Assembly (NCBI GenBank): GCA_963713825.1 | Contig: CAVQNG010000003.1 | Coordinates: forward strand, 32,001 to 96,000 | Direction of reading: 5' to 3' | From: an uncultured Acidobacteriota bacterium | Lineage (GTDB): Bacteria; Acidobacteriota; Thermoanaerobaculia; Multivoradales; JAHEKO01 | Length of the DNA stretch: 64,000 nucleotides | Shown here: one piece after another, positions 1 through 8,901 of the stretch | How the letters are laid out: each line of letters starts with the position of its first letter | How positions within the stretch are numbered: the stretch's first letter is position 1 | The notes under the pieces: model-generated | What the model saw: only the letters and a program-made list of their open reading frames with translations | Databases searched by the model: none | What the model was told of the DNA's origin: nothing | Made by a program: the position numbers and the translations under genes

Positions 1-1
1 C

Positions 2-1930
2 TACAAGAACTTGACCCTGCTGGCCTGCTTTCTCGGCCTCGGCCTGGGGTATGCCCTCGGGACCAGGAGGGGGGTGGGCACACCGCTCTTCTTGCCGCTC
101 CTTGCGGTCCAGATCACGTTCCTCTACCTCCTGCGTTCCTTCACCCTGGCGCCCATTCTCCAGAATCCGGTGATGGAGCAGCTCACCATGGGCTACGCGC
201 AGCTCGGGGAGTGGGTGGACGTCGTGGTTGTCTACGGCTTCTTGCTGTTCATCTTTCCCGCCACGGCCCTCACCTTCGTGCCACTCGGCCAGTTGGCCTC
301 ACGGTTGATGGCGCGGCAGGAGAAACTGCCGGCCTATGGGGCCAACCTCCTGGGAAGCCTGGCCGGCATCCTCGCGTTCCATGCTCTGGCGGCGCTTTGG
401 ACTCCGCCGGCCGTGTGGCTCAGCATGGTCGCTCTCGGGGTCCTGCCGTTTCTTCGTCAGAGACGAGCTCTTCTGAGCAGTGGTTTGGTGACAGTCGGAT
501 TGGTGGCGGTGCTCAGCTGGTCTCCCAACCCCCACCACATCGATGTCTACTCGCCCTACCAGATCCTGACACTCTCCGAGGAGAGCGACGGACCACCGAT
601 CGTCCGGGTCAACAACGTCTTCTTCCAATCGATGCTCGCCCTAGGGGAGGACGACGGCGCGGGGCGGGGCCTGCACTATGGTCTTCCGTACAGGTTCAAG
701 GCCACCCCTAGACGGGTATTGATCGTCGGCGCCGGCACCGGCAACGACGTTGCCGCCGCACTTCGGCACGGGGCGGCTCGGGTGGACGCCGTGGAGATCG
801 ACCCGGCCATCCTCGACTTTGGCCGCGCTCTGCACCCGGAAGAGCCCTACAGCGACCCGCGGGTTCGGGCCGTGGTCGATGATGCTCGCTCGTTCATCCG
901 GTATTCGAAAGATCGGTACGATCTCATTGTCTATGGACTCTTGGACTCCCACACCCTGTTGGCTGGACTTTCAGGAGTACGGCTCGACAGCTATGTCTAC
1001 ACGGTCGAGGCCTTCAGGGAGGCCCGGGAGCGCCTCTCCCCTCGCGGCATTCTGAGTGTCAGCTTCCTGGTGCTCCGCCCCGAGCTGGCGCTCAAAATCT
1101 ACTTGATGATGGAAGAGGCCTTCGACGGCGAGCCGCCTCTGGTCCTGGCCGGACGCGATACCCAGATGACCTTCCTCAGCGGCGAGGGCGTCGACTGGGA
1201 AGAGGCCAGCGTTCCACCCGAATTCAAGCGTCTCGTCGCCGACAATTGGCGCAACGTGATGGCGGATCCTTCCACCGACGACTGGCCGTTTCTCTATATG
1301 CCGGTGCGACGCTATCCTCAGACCTACTTGGCACTGGTCCTTCTCCTATTGGCGATTTCTGGGCTCCTGGTGACCTCTCTGATGGGTACCGAAGGGATCG
1401 ACCTCGCGACGGGAAGAGGCTTCTCCTTGCCCTGCTTTTTTCTCGGCGCTGGTTTTATGCTGGTCGAAACCAAGGCGATTACCGAGCTGGCGTTGGCCTT
1501 CGGCTCGACCTGGCAAGTCGTCGGGTTCACGATCGCGGCGATTCTGGTTCTGGCCTTCCTGGCCAATGTTCTGGTCATGCGAGTCGGCGCCCCTCCCGCG
1601 GGCTTCACCTACATGGCCCTTGGAGGAGCGGTACTCCTGGGGCTGGTGCTGTCTCCGAGGATCCTTGGAGCGGTATCTCCGCAAGTCGATGGATTGTTGA
1701 TAACCGGACTACTGACCCTGCCGCTGTTCTTCTCGGGACTCGCTTTCTCGAGTGAGCTCGAGAGGACCCCCTCGGTGGGTGTGGCGATGGCCTCGAATCT
1801 GCTGGGGGCGATGCTCGGAGGGTTCCTCGAGTACAACTCGATGTACTTCGGCTTCCGCTCACTCTACGTGCTGGCACTCGGGCTCTATGCTCTGGCATTC
1901 CTGACCACCAGGCGCAACCGAGCTGTGTGA
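2..1930 (+). CDS. Membrane-embedded spermidine-synthase-like SAM-dependent methyltransferase/aminopropyltransferase (5'-truncated by window edge)
   Basis: Frame is open from the window start (YKNLTLLACFLGLGLG). N- and C-terminal multi-TM blocks flank a soluble domain with VLIVGAGTGNDV, VEIDP, DDARSF and PSTDDWPFLY motifs. Confidence 0.8.
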   Translation, partial: YKNLTLLACFLGLGLGYALGTRRGVGTPLFLPLLAVQITFLYLLRSFTLAPILQNPVMEQLTMGYAQLGEWVDVVVVYGFLLFIFPATALTFVPLGQLASRLMARQEKLPAYGANLLGSLAGILAFHALAALWTPPAVWLSMVALGVLPFLRQRRALLSSGLVTVGLVAVLSWSPNPHHIDVYSPYQILTLSEESDGPPIVRVNNVFFQSMLALGEDDGAGRGLHYGLPYRFKATPRRVLIVGAGTGNDVAAALRHGAARVDAVEIDPAILDFGRALHPEEPYSDPRVRAVVDDARSFIRYSKDRYDLIVYGLLDSHTLLAGLSGVRLDSYVYTVEAFREARERLSPRGILSVSFLVLRPELALKIYLMMEEAFDGEPPLVLAGRDTQMTFLSGEGVDWEEASVPPEFKRLVADNWRNVMADPSTDDWPFLYMPVRRYPQTYLALVLLLLAISGLLVTSLMGTEGIDLATGRGFSLPCFFLGAGFMLVETKAITELALAFGSTWQVVGFTIAAILVLAFLANVLVMRVGAPPAGFTYMALGGAVLLGLVLSPRILGAVSPQVDGLLITGLLTLPLFFSGLAFSSELERTPSVGVAMASNLLGAMLGGFLEYNSMYFGFRSLYVLALGLYALAFLTTRRNRAV

Positions 1931-1973
1931 TCGCCCGGGCGGCAGGTGGCTTCCATGTGCCGCAAGAAACTGA

Positions 1974-4900
1974 TCAGACCTCATCGCTCTCGACTGCCCC
2001 GCCCAGCCATTGATATAGGACCGGCAAAACCAGCAACGTCAACAGGGTCGACGTAACGACTCCAGCCACCACAACAACGGCCAGAGGGCGCTGCACTTCG
2101 GAGCCAACTCCTGTGGCCCAGACGAGGGGAATCAATCCCAGGGCGGTCGTGGCAGCTGTCATGAGGACCGGGCGCAGGCGCAGATCGCCACCAATCAGGA
2201 TGGCCTCGCGCCGGGTCTCGCCTTCGCTCTCGAGTTTTCGGAAGAACTCGATCATCACTAGCCCGTTGAGAATGGCAATGCCGAACAGAGCGATGAATCC
2301 CACCGAGGCAGAGACCGAGAGATAGAGGCCCGAGACTTTCAGGGCGATGACCCCGCCGACCATTGCCAGGGGAATGTTGACGAGAATGAGGAGGACGGGG
2401 CGCACGGATCGGAAGTTGATGTACAGCAGAACGAAGATGAGTACCAGAGCCAGAGGTACCATGACTCGCAGTCGTGCCATGGCTCTTTGTTGCTGCTCGA
2501 ACTGACCTCCCCAAGTGGTGAAGTAGCCCGTCGGCAGATCCAACTCCTGGGCGAGCCTTTCGCGAGCCTCTGCCACGAAGCCACCGATGTCCCGGCCGAC
2601 GACGTTGAGCTCCGCCACGACTCGGCGCTTCCCTTCCTCACGCGAGATCTGAGCCGGTCCTTCGGTCATCTCGATGGTCGAGACCTCGCTCAGGAGGACG
2701 GTTTCGCCAGTCGGGGTCGAGAGAGGCAATCGACGCAAATTCTCGACCCTGGCGGTGTACTCCCGTGGCAGACGCACCGTGACATCGGTTCGGCGATCTC
2801 CTTCCGGAACCGTGGTCACCACCTGCCCACCCATGGCCGTCTCGATGAGGCTTCGCACACGGGCCACGCTGATACCGAGGCTGGAGAGCTGTCGGCGATG
2901 CATCTGGATCTCGAGATAGCCAAGCCCCTCGACCGCCTCCACCTTGACATCGACGGCCCCTTCTACCTTCTTGAGAATGCGCGAAGCGTCTTCACCCAGC
3001 TCAGCCAGTGTGTTGAGATCCTCACCGAAGATCTTGACCGCGATCTGGGACTTGACGCCGGAGATCAGCTCGTCGACTCGCATCTGAATGGGCTGCGTAT
3101 AGCCGAACTCGACGCCCGGAACCGAAGCCATTTTGTCGCGCAGGGCTGCCACTAGACCATCCTTGGTCGGCGCCGTCGTCCACTCACTGCGCGGTCTGAG
3201 GAGCACATAGATGTCGCTCTCACCAACCCCCATGGGATCTGAGGAGATGTCGGACCGACCCGTGCGGCTGACCACATGGATCACTTCGGGTACTTCGAGA
3301 ATTGCCTTCTCGATTGTCGTTACCGTGTCGATAGCCTGATTCAACGACACCGCCGGCAACTGAAAGGGCTGCACGACGATCGACCCCTCATCCATCGAAG
3401 GTAGGAATTCGGTGCCGAGGGTGGGAGCCAGGGCCGCCGCGACGACCACCAAGCCTATGGCCACCCCAATCACCACCCATGGATGATCCAGAGCCCACCG
3501 CAGCTGTGGCCGGTAGAGGCGCCTGACGATTTCGGCTGGATGGAACCGATGGGTCTGGCTCGGCCCGGAAGTGGATTTCAGCAGAATGGAGGCCAGCGCC
3601 GGTATCAGGGTGGCAGACAGCACCAGAGAGCAGCCGAGAGCGATGACGATCGTGTAGGCCAGGGGCGCGAACATCTTGCCCTCGATTCCCTGCAAGGTCG
3701 CGATCGGCAGGAATACGACGATGATCACCGCCACGCCGAAGATGATCGGCCGCAATACTTCGGCCGCCGAACGACGAACCTGCTCGATTCCGCTGACGTC
3801 CTGAGTCGAGCCACTCATCAGGCGCGCTGTGTTCTCTACCAGGACAATCGCACCATCCCCCAGCATGCCGATAGCGATGGCCAGGCCCGAAAGAGTCATG
3901 AGATTCGAGGAGAGACCCACCACATCCATGACGAGGAATGTAGCCAGGGCTGCCATCGGCAGCTGGATGGCAACCAGCGCCGCCGATCGAGGGCTCCCCA
4001 TGAAGAACACAAGAACAAGGAGCACCAGAAGAGCTCCCTGGATAAGTGCCTTGCGCACGGTTCCCAGAGCGGTGCTGACAAGCTCGCTGCGGTCGTAGAA
4101 GGGCACGATCTCGACCTCTTCGGGCAGGCTCAGCTTCGCGACCTCCAGCTTCTCCTTGATCGAAGCCACCACATCGCGACCCGAGGCTCCGCGCAGCATC
4201 AAAACGATTCCAGCGACCGCTTCCCCTTGGCCATCCTTCGTGATCGCTCCCTGGCGCAGCTCGGGGCCGATCTGAACCTCGGCAACCTGTCGAAGGAGCA
4301 CCGGAACGCGATTGCGGTAGGCCACCACGGTGCTCTCGAGATCACCGATGTTGCGAACCCAGCCGTCGCCTCGCACCACGTACTGCTCGCCTGATCGCTC
4401 AATGTAAGCCCCGCCCGCCACGCCGTTGTTTGCCGCCACCGCTTCCGACAGCTCGCTGATGTCGATTTCGTAGCGCCTCAAGGCCGCTGGATCCGCAACC
4501 ACCTGGAACTGCCTGACGAAGCCGCCGAAGGAGTCCACTCCAGCGATACCAGAAGCCGTCCGCAGGATCGGGCGGATCACCCAGTCTTGCAGCGTTCGCA
4601 GCTCCATCAGGTCGTGGTTCGGGCTTTCCAAGGTGTACTGAAAAACCTCCCCGAGGCCTGTCGAGATAGGGCCCAGATTCGACTCCGCGCCCTCCGGCAG
4701 CTGATCTCGTGCCGACAGCATCCGCTCCATGACCAGCTGACGGGCGAAGTAGATGTCGGTTCCGTCCTCGAAGACGACCGTGACCATGGAGAGTCCGAAC
4801 TTCGAGAGCGATCGGACTTGGGTCGAATGCGGCAGGCCTGAACAGGCCTGCTCGATGGGGTAGGTGACCAGCTGCTCGATCTCGATAGGAGACAGCGTCG

Positions 4901-5057
4901 GCGCCTGGGAGATGACGGTGACCTGGATATTGGTTACGTCGGGGAATGCGTCGATCGGCAGCTGCTGGAACGCACTCAGACCGGCAAACACGAGAAGCAC
5001 CGCCAGGACCAGGATCACCACTCGGTGCGATAGCGCGAGATCTACGAGTCGGATCAC
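1974..5057 (-). CDS. czcA: CusA/CzcA-family heavy-metal efflux RND permease
   Basis: LPIDAFPDVTNIQV, RSLSKFGLS, LGPISTGLGEV, GIEGKMFAPLA and RLRPVLMTA motifs. Start placed at GTG 5057, which has a GAGGAGG SD and abuts the adaptor stop, rather than 5183. Confidence 0.93.
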   Translation of the reverse strand: MIRLVDLALSHRVVILVLAVLLVFAGLSAFQQLPIDAFPDVTNIQVTVISQAPTLSPIEIEQLVTYPIEQACSGLPHSTQVRSLSKFGLSMVTVVFEDGTDIYFARQLVMERMLSARDQLPEGAESNLGPISTGLGEVFQYTLESPNHDLMELRTLQDWVIRPILRTASGIAGVDSFGGFVRQFQVVADPAALRRYEIDISELSEAVAANNGVAGGAYIERSGEQYVVRGDGWVRNIGDLESTVVAYRNRVPVLLRQVAEVQIGPELRQGAITKDGQGEAVAGIVLMLRGASGRDVVASIKEKLEVAKLSLPEEVEIVPFYDRSELVSTALGTVRKALIQGALLVLLVLVFFMGSPRSAALVAIQLPMAALATFLVMDVVGLSSNLMTLSGLAIAIGMLGDGAIVLVENTARLMSGSTQDVSGIEQVRRSAAEVLRPIIFGVAVIIVVFLPIATLQGIEGKMFAPLAYTIVIALGCSLVLSATLIPALASILLKSTSGPSQTHRFHPAEIVRRLYRPQLRWALDHPWVVIGVAIGLVVVAAALAPTLGTEFLPSMDEGSIVVQPFQLPAVSLNQAIDTVTTIEKAILEVPEVIHVVSRTGRSDISSDPMGVGESDIYVLLRPRSEWTTAPTKDGLVAALRDKMASVPGVEFGYTQPIQMRVDELISGVKSQIAVKIFGEDLNTLAELGEDASRILKKVEGAVDVKVEAVEGLGYLEIQMHRRQLSSLGISVARVRSLIETAMGGQVVTTVPEGDRRTDVTVRLPREYTARVENLRRLPLSTPTGETVLLSEVSTIEMTEGPAQISREEGKRRVVAELNVVGRDIGGFVAEARERLAQELDLPTGYFTTWGGQFEQQQRAMARLRVMVPLALVLIFVLLYINFRSVRPVLLILVNIPLAMVGGVIALKVSGLYLSVSASVGFIALFGIAILNGLVMIEFFRKLESEGETRREAILIGGDLRLRPVLMTAATTALGLIPLVWATGVGSEVQRPLAVVVVAGVVTSTLLTLLVLPVLYQWLGGAVESDEV

Positions 5058-5058
5058 C

Positions 5059-6177
5059 TCATTCCTCCTCAGCCTCACCTCTGAGCAATGCCGACTTGAG
5101 CAGGAAAACGCCCCGCTCGGCAACCTGTTCACCGATTTCCACGCCGTCCAAGATCTCGTAGTGTGAGCCATTGAATCGCCCAATCTTCACGGATCGGGCC
5201 TCGAAGGTCTCCGGACCCTGGCTCACGAACACATAGTCGGAGGCGTCGATTCGAGTCACCGCCGATTCCCGCACCGAGGGTGACTGGCTCACCTCTCCGT
5301 GGAACAGGTTGCCCTCTACAAAGACCCCGGGAAGAAGAAGCTCGGTGCCGAAACTGATTCGAGCCCTCACTGTGACCGTCCGGGTCGAGGGGTCGACCTC
5401 CGGCACCTTGGTGGCGACATGAGCCAGGCCCCAAAGCTCCCGTCGACCCATGGGGACGAACTCGACCACATCGCCTTCGGCCACTGAGCCAGCCTCGTAG
5501 GGAGGTAACTGCAGCTCCAATTCCAGCTGCTCCGGATCGCCGATCAGCATCAGAGGCTCATAGGCCATCACCCACGCATGCCGTTGCACCTCGAGTCTCA
5601 ACACGACTCCCCGAGTCGGTGATCGCACAGTCAGAATCGGTCGAAATTCCGCCGAATCCAAAACCGCCTCGATCTCTGCCTCCGAATAGCCGATCTCATG
5701 CAGCTCTTCCATGGAATTGTCGAAAGCGACGCGGGCCGCCAGAACGGTCTGCTTCCGGCGCTCGAGCTCTACCTGGCTGATTCCCTCGAGCTCCAGGAGC
5801 TTCTCGCCCGCCCCTTGCCGACTCTCTGCCAGTCTGAGTTCCTCCCGCCTCTCCAACAGCTCACCGCGCAAGCGGTGCAGATCGTGGGAGTGAAGGCGCA
5901 CGAGAGGCTGCCCTACCCGCACCAGGTCTCCGGGCGCTACGAGAATCTCCACGACGCGGCCATCCAGGACGGTCATCACGTTGGTAGTGGCCTCGGGTGT
6001 ACGGACCGCACGACCCACCACCGCTACCTGGTCGCCGAAGGTCCTCTCCTCGACCGTCCCCAAGACCACTCCGGCTCGAGCCTGTTTGGCCTTGTCCAAC
6101 TGAAAAGTCTCCGCGGTCGCGGTCTGGGTTGTGGCCAAGCCCACTGCGATCAAGATGAGCGAGTCGACAAATCTCAT
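5059..6177 (-). CDS. czcB: RND efflux periplasmic adaptor (CzcB/CusB-like)
   Basis: Signal peptide, lipoyl-like GDLVRVGQPL, coiled-coil hairpin and VDPSTRTVTVRA. Lies between TolC-like and CzcA genes. Confidence 0.88.
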   Translation of the reverse strand: MRFVDSLILIAVGLATTQTATAETFQLDKAKQARAGVVLGTVEERTFGDQVAVVGRAVRTPEATTNVMTVLDGRVVEILVAPGDLVRVGQPLVRLHSHDLHRLRGELLERREELRLAESRQGAGEKLLELEGISQVELERRKQTVLAARVAFDNSMEELHEIGYSEAEIEAVLDSAEFRPILTVRSPTRGVVLRLEVQRHAWVMAYEPLMLIGDPEQLELELQLPPYEAGSVAEGDVVEFVPMGRRELWGLAHVATKVPEVDPSTRTVTVRARISFGTELLLPGVFVEGNLFHGEVSQSPSVRESAVTRIDASDYVFVSQGPETFEARSVKIGRFNGSHYEILDGVEIGEQVAERGVFLLKSALLRGEAEEE

Positions 6178-7496
6178 GGTTCCACCTCGGCATCGAAGGT
6201 CGGAATTGGAAACAGTGAGTCATGCGCTAGCAGAAGCGCCATGCTGAGGCGGGCGGTGAGGAGGCCACGGCGGGCCTGGACGCCCTGAAGCTCCACCTCG
6301 TCCAGGCGTGCCAAGCCGTCGAGATAGACGAGGTACGAGACGGCACCGAGCGCAAACTGCTGGGAGAGCGACTCTCTGGCCCTGGGCAGGACCGCGAGCT
6401 CCGGCACCAACTCTTCGAGCGTCTCCTCGGCCCCCAGCCCAGTTGCCAACTCGTTGTGCAACCAACTCGACACCTCACGGTGTATCAGTTCGAGCTCCTG
6501 CGTGGCGCTCGCGGCTCGGGCTTCGGCAGCCGCGGCCGTTCGCTGAGCTGCCTTGCCAAACGGCAAAGGAAAGGCGAGATGGAAACCGAAAGCGTTGAAT
6601 CCTTCGATATCACCCATGTCAGGGACTCGCTCCCATTCGATTTCGGCCGCCGGTCGCCCCCAGGAGATCCGGCGAGCCAGCCGGCTGGTCGACTCCTCTA
6701 GATTCGCTCGGAACCTGGCCGCCTGCACTGCTGGACTGCTTTCCACCAGGCTGCCCAAGCCGTCTTCCACGGGCAATTCCGTCACATCCAGCCGCACAAG
6801 AGACTCCAGGTCGCCAAGAACAGGGTCGAGCTCGTCACTCACCACTCGGGCCCGGAGCCTTGCCTGAATCAATCGAACCTGCACTTCCTGCGCTCGCAGT
6901 CGCGCCGATTCTCCGAGCCGAGCCAGGCGCAGCTGCGTCACCTCCGAGCCCGAAACTTCACCCAACTCGAACCTCTGGTCCTGAATGGCGAGAGCCCGGG
7001 TCAGCTGCTCGAGGCGACGCTTCGCAATAGCCAAGTCCTCGGTGGCGGCAGCCAGGGAGAGCCAGTCGGAGCCCGCTGCCAGAGCCTCGCTGTAGACAAT
7101 CGAGATGGCTTCGACGCTCTCCCACCGATCGGCGCCTTCGACGACGCGATTGCCGGCCGACTTCTGCCACGGAAAGTTGTAGCTCTTGACGAGCTTGAGA
7201 GTGTCGATCGAGTTGGGCTGACGACTGAACGAAGAGCCGATTCCCTCGCGTTGCCAAGCGATCGCTGGCGCACTGGAGGCGGCATCGACTCTGAGCTCCT
7301 CCGCCGTGGCTTCTAGGTCGGCGAGGCGAGCTCTCGACTGGGGGGCGAGGTCGACTGCCTCCTGCATGGTCGCCAACAGGCGCTCGATGGCGCTTCCCGG
7401 CAACCGATCAGCGACTGGTCCAGTTGGGGGCTGTGCCGACCAGGCCGTACCGCACATGAACACCACCCCAAGCCCCAGAAAAATCCCTCTAGGCAT
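6174..7496 (-). CDS. czcC: TolC/CzcC-family outer-membrane efflux protein
   Basis: Start at ATG 7496 (MPRGIFLG, signal peptide, GAGGAG SD). Duplicated OEP-type motifs RFELGEVSGSEV and QFALGAVSYLVYL. ATGA overlap with the adaptor gene. Confidence 0.8.
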   Translation of the reverse strand: MPRGIFLGLGVVFMCGTAWSAQPPTGPVADRLPGSAIERLLATMQEAVDLAPQSRARLADLEATAEELRVDAASSAPAIAWQREGIGSSFSRQPNSIDTLKLVKSYNFPWQKSAGNRVVEGADRWESVEAISIVYSEALAAGSDWLSLAAATEDLAIAKRRLEQLTRALAIQDQRFELGEVSGSEVTQLRLARLGESARLRAQEVQVRLIQARLRARVVSDELDPVLGDLESLVRLDVTELPVEDGLGSLVESSPAVQAARFRANLEESTSRLARRISWGRPAAEIEWERVPDMGDIEGFNAFGFHLAFPLPFGKAAQRTAAAAEARAASATQELELIHREVSSWLHNELATGLGAEETLEELVPELAVLPRARESLSQQFALGAVSYLVYLDGLARLDEVELQGVQARRGLLTARLSMALLLAHDSLFPIPTFDAEVEP

Positions 7497-7553
7497 GAGA
7501 CCCCTCTCCTCTCTCGACTGGCCGGGGCGGTGCGATCTTGACGCTCTCCTCTC

Positions 7554-7589
7554 CTCCGCCCACTCCACCCACTCCGCCCACTCCGGCCA
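7554..7589. repeat. 4 x 9-bp tandem repeat (CTCCGCCCA) upstream of czcC
   Basis: ctccgccca ctccaccca ctccgccca ctccggcca, read directly. Confidence 0.8.
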
Positions 7590-7684
7590 CACTACAGCCA
7601 TAAGCTTATCCGCAGACAACCCGGCGCGAAACCGACATTTGTCGCAGTCGAGAGCTAAAGAGGCGGCGAGGCCCGATCTTGCCG

Positions 7685-7960
7685 TCAGCCAGACACGATG
7701 TCGAGCCCGTCGACGATGCCGACAACCACAGCGCGAATCGGAGCGGTCGCATCTTCCAGGACCTGCCGCGCACCGTTGCCCTCGTCGATGATCAGCACGG
7801 CCTCGCCATGGCCGGCCCCGACGACATCCATGGCGATCAGGTATCCACCAGTGGGCTTGCCCGTGGCATCGAGCCGCTCGGCAAGGAGAAGCTTGCGTCC
7901 ATGCACGATCGGGTGATGAATCGTCGAGACGATACTGCCGGCGATACGCCCCAGAATCAT
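7685..7960 (-). CDS. BMC pentameric vertex protein (EutN/CcmL, BMC-P)
   Basis: MILGRIAGSIVST...IAMDVVGAGHGEAVLI...PIRAVVVGIVD, the EutN/CcmL pattern. Confidence 0.93.
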   Translation of the reverse strand: MILGRIAGSIVSTIHHPIVHGRKLLLAERLDATGKPTGGYLIAMDVVGAGHGEAVLIIDEGNGARQVLEDATAPIRAVVVGIVDGLDIVSG

Positions 7961-8253
7961 GGGAAGCCCGCTTCCTTGTCTGGCGGATCGTTCTTGATCT
8001 CATCGACCAAGCCGACAATCGCATGATCGACCGGGACAAACCAGGGATCGAGCGTGAGGGCGGCTTCCCGGCTTTCCACCCAATAGACCGTTTCACCGGG
8101 ACCAGCCATTCGGGTGCCATCCGCGCAGACGACCGGCTTGCCCTCTGGCTCGCATTGTCGATCGAGAGGCTGTACCCAGAGCATCGGCGTGCCGGCGAGA
8201 CCCTCCACCACGACCGCTGGAACCACTGTACCGATCACTCGTCCCAGGAGCAC
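7957..8253 (-). CDS. BMC pentameric vertex protein (EutN/CcmL, BMC-P)
   Basis: MLLGRVIGTVV...AGPGETVYWV..SREA...PVDHAIVGLVD. Confidence 0.92.
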   Translation of the reverse strand: MLLGRVIGTVVPAVVVEGLAGTPMLWVQPLDRQCEPEGKPVVCADGTRMAGPGETVYWVESREAALTLDPWFVPVDHAIVGLVDEIKNDPPDKEAGFP

Positions 8254-8882
8254 GCGACCTCCTCGAGATGCTCGGCCCCGTCGGGCTCGTGGGGCGGGCA
8301 GCTGCGAAATTCCGTACCTTGTTCGAGCAACTGGCGCAGATCGGTGTCCAGGCGCGGGAGCAACGAGCTGCCTAGAATCTGGTTCCCTGCTCTTTCGACA
8401 CAGATCTCGAGCGCGGTGGCGACGTCGGCAACGTCTCCACTGAGCAGAGCTATCGCTCGACCTCCAAGGTCGTCCGCCAACCGCACTTCACCGATCTCGA
8501 CAGGGGTACTCTTGACGGCCGCATCGATGGCCCGCAGAAGGGCTGGCGAGGTGGAGGTCTCGACGACCCCAAGAGCCTCGTGAGCCAGGTTCTGCCGGGC
8601 TCCCAGTACGGCGTCGTGAAGGGTTGGGTGGATATCGCTCAGCAAGACGGTGTCTTGCAGTGCACCCGCACCCTCACCGTGCTCGATACCGGCTTCGTAG
8701 GCTTCCTCGGTGCTCGCCACGCTGCCGCCGACCAGGATCAGGAACCTCCCCGGATGGATGGTGCCGCAGCGCAACAGAGCGATCGGTGCCCGCTTCACCA
8801 TCAGATCGCTAGCCAGGACTCCACTGGCAATGCTGTCGAACTCCAGCAGAGCCAGGGCAGCGTGTCGTTTCTCTTGCGGCAT
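8235..8882 (-). CDS. Tandem BMC-domain shell protein (PduT-like, single-layer BMC-T)
   Basis: Two BMC domains (ALALLEFDSIASG...; ALGVVETST...LGGRAIALLSGDVADV) collinear with PduT. Start at ATG 8882 (MPQEK). Confidence 0.88.
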   Translation of the reverse strand: MPQEKRHAALALLEFDSIASGVLASDLMVKRAPIALLRCGTIHPGRFLILVGGSVASTEEAYEAGIEHGEGAGALQDTVLLSDIHPTLHDAVLGARQNLAHEALGVVETSTSPALLRAIDAAVKSTPVEIGEVRLADDLGGRAIALLSGDVADVATALEICVERAGNQILGSSLLPRLDTDLRQLLEQGTEFRSCPPHEPDGAEHLEEVACSWDE

Positions 8883-8901
8883 CTTCTCTAACCCAGGGTC
8901 G

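Noticed and set aside
7497-8120. 208-aa N-terminal extension of the TolC ORF, suggesting a BMC-TolC fusion
   Set aside because: It is a shadow frame over two genuine BMC-P genes. Signal peptide and SD support the start at 7496.
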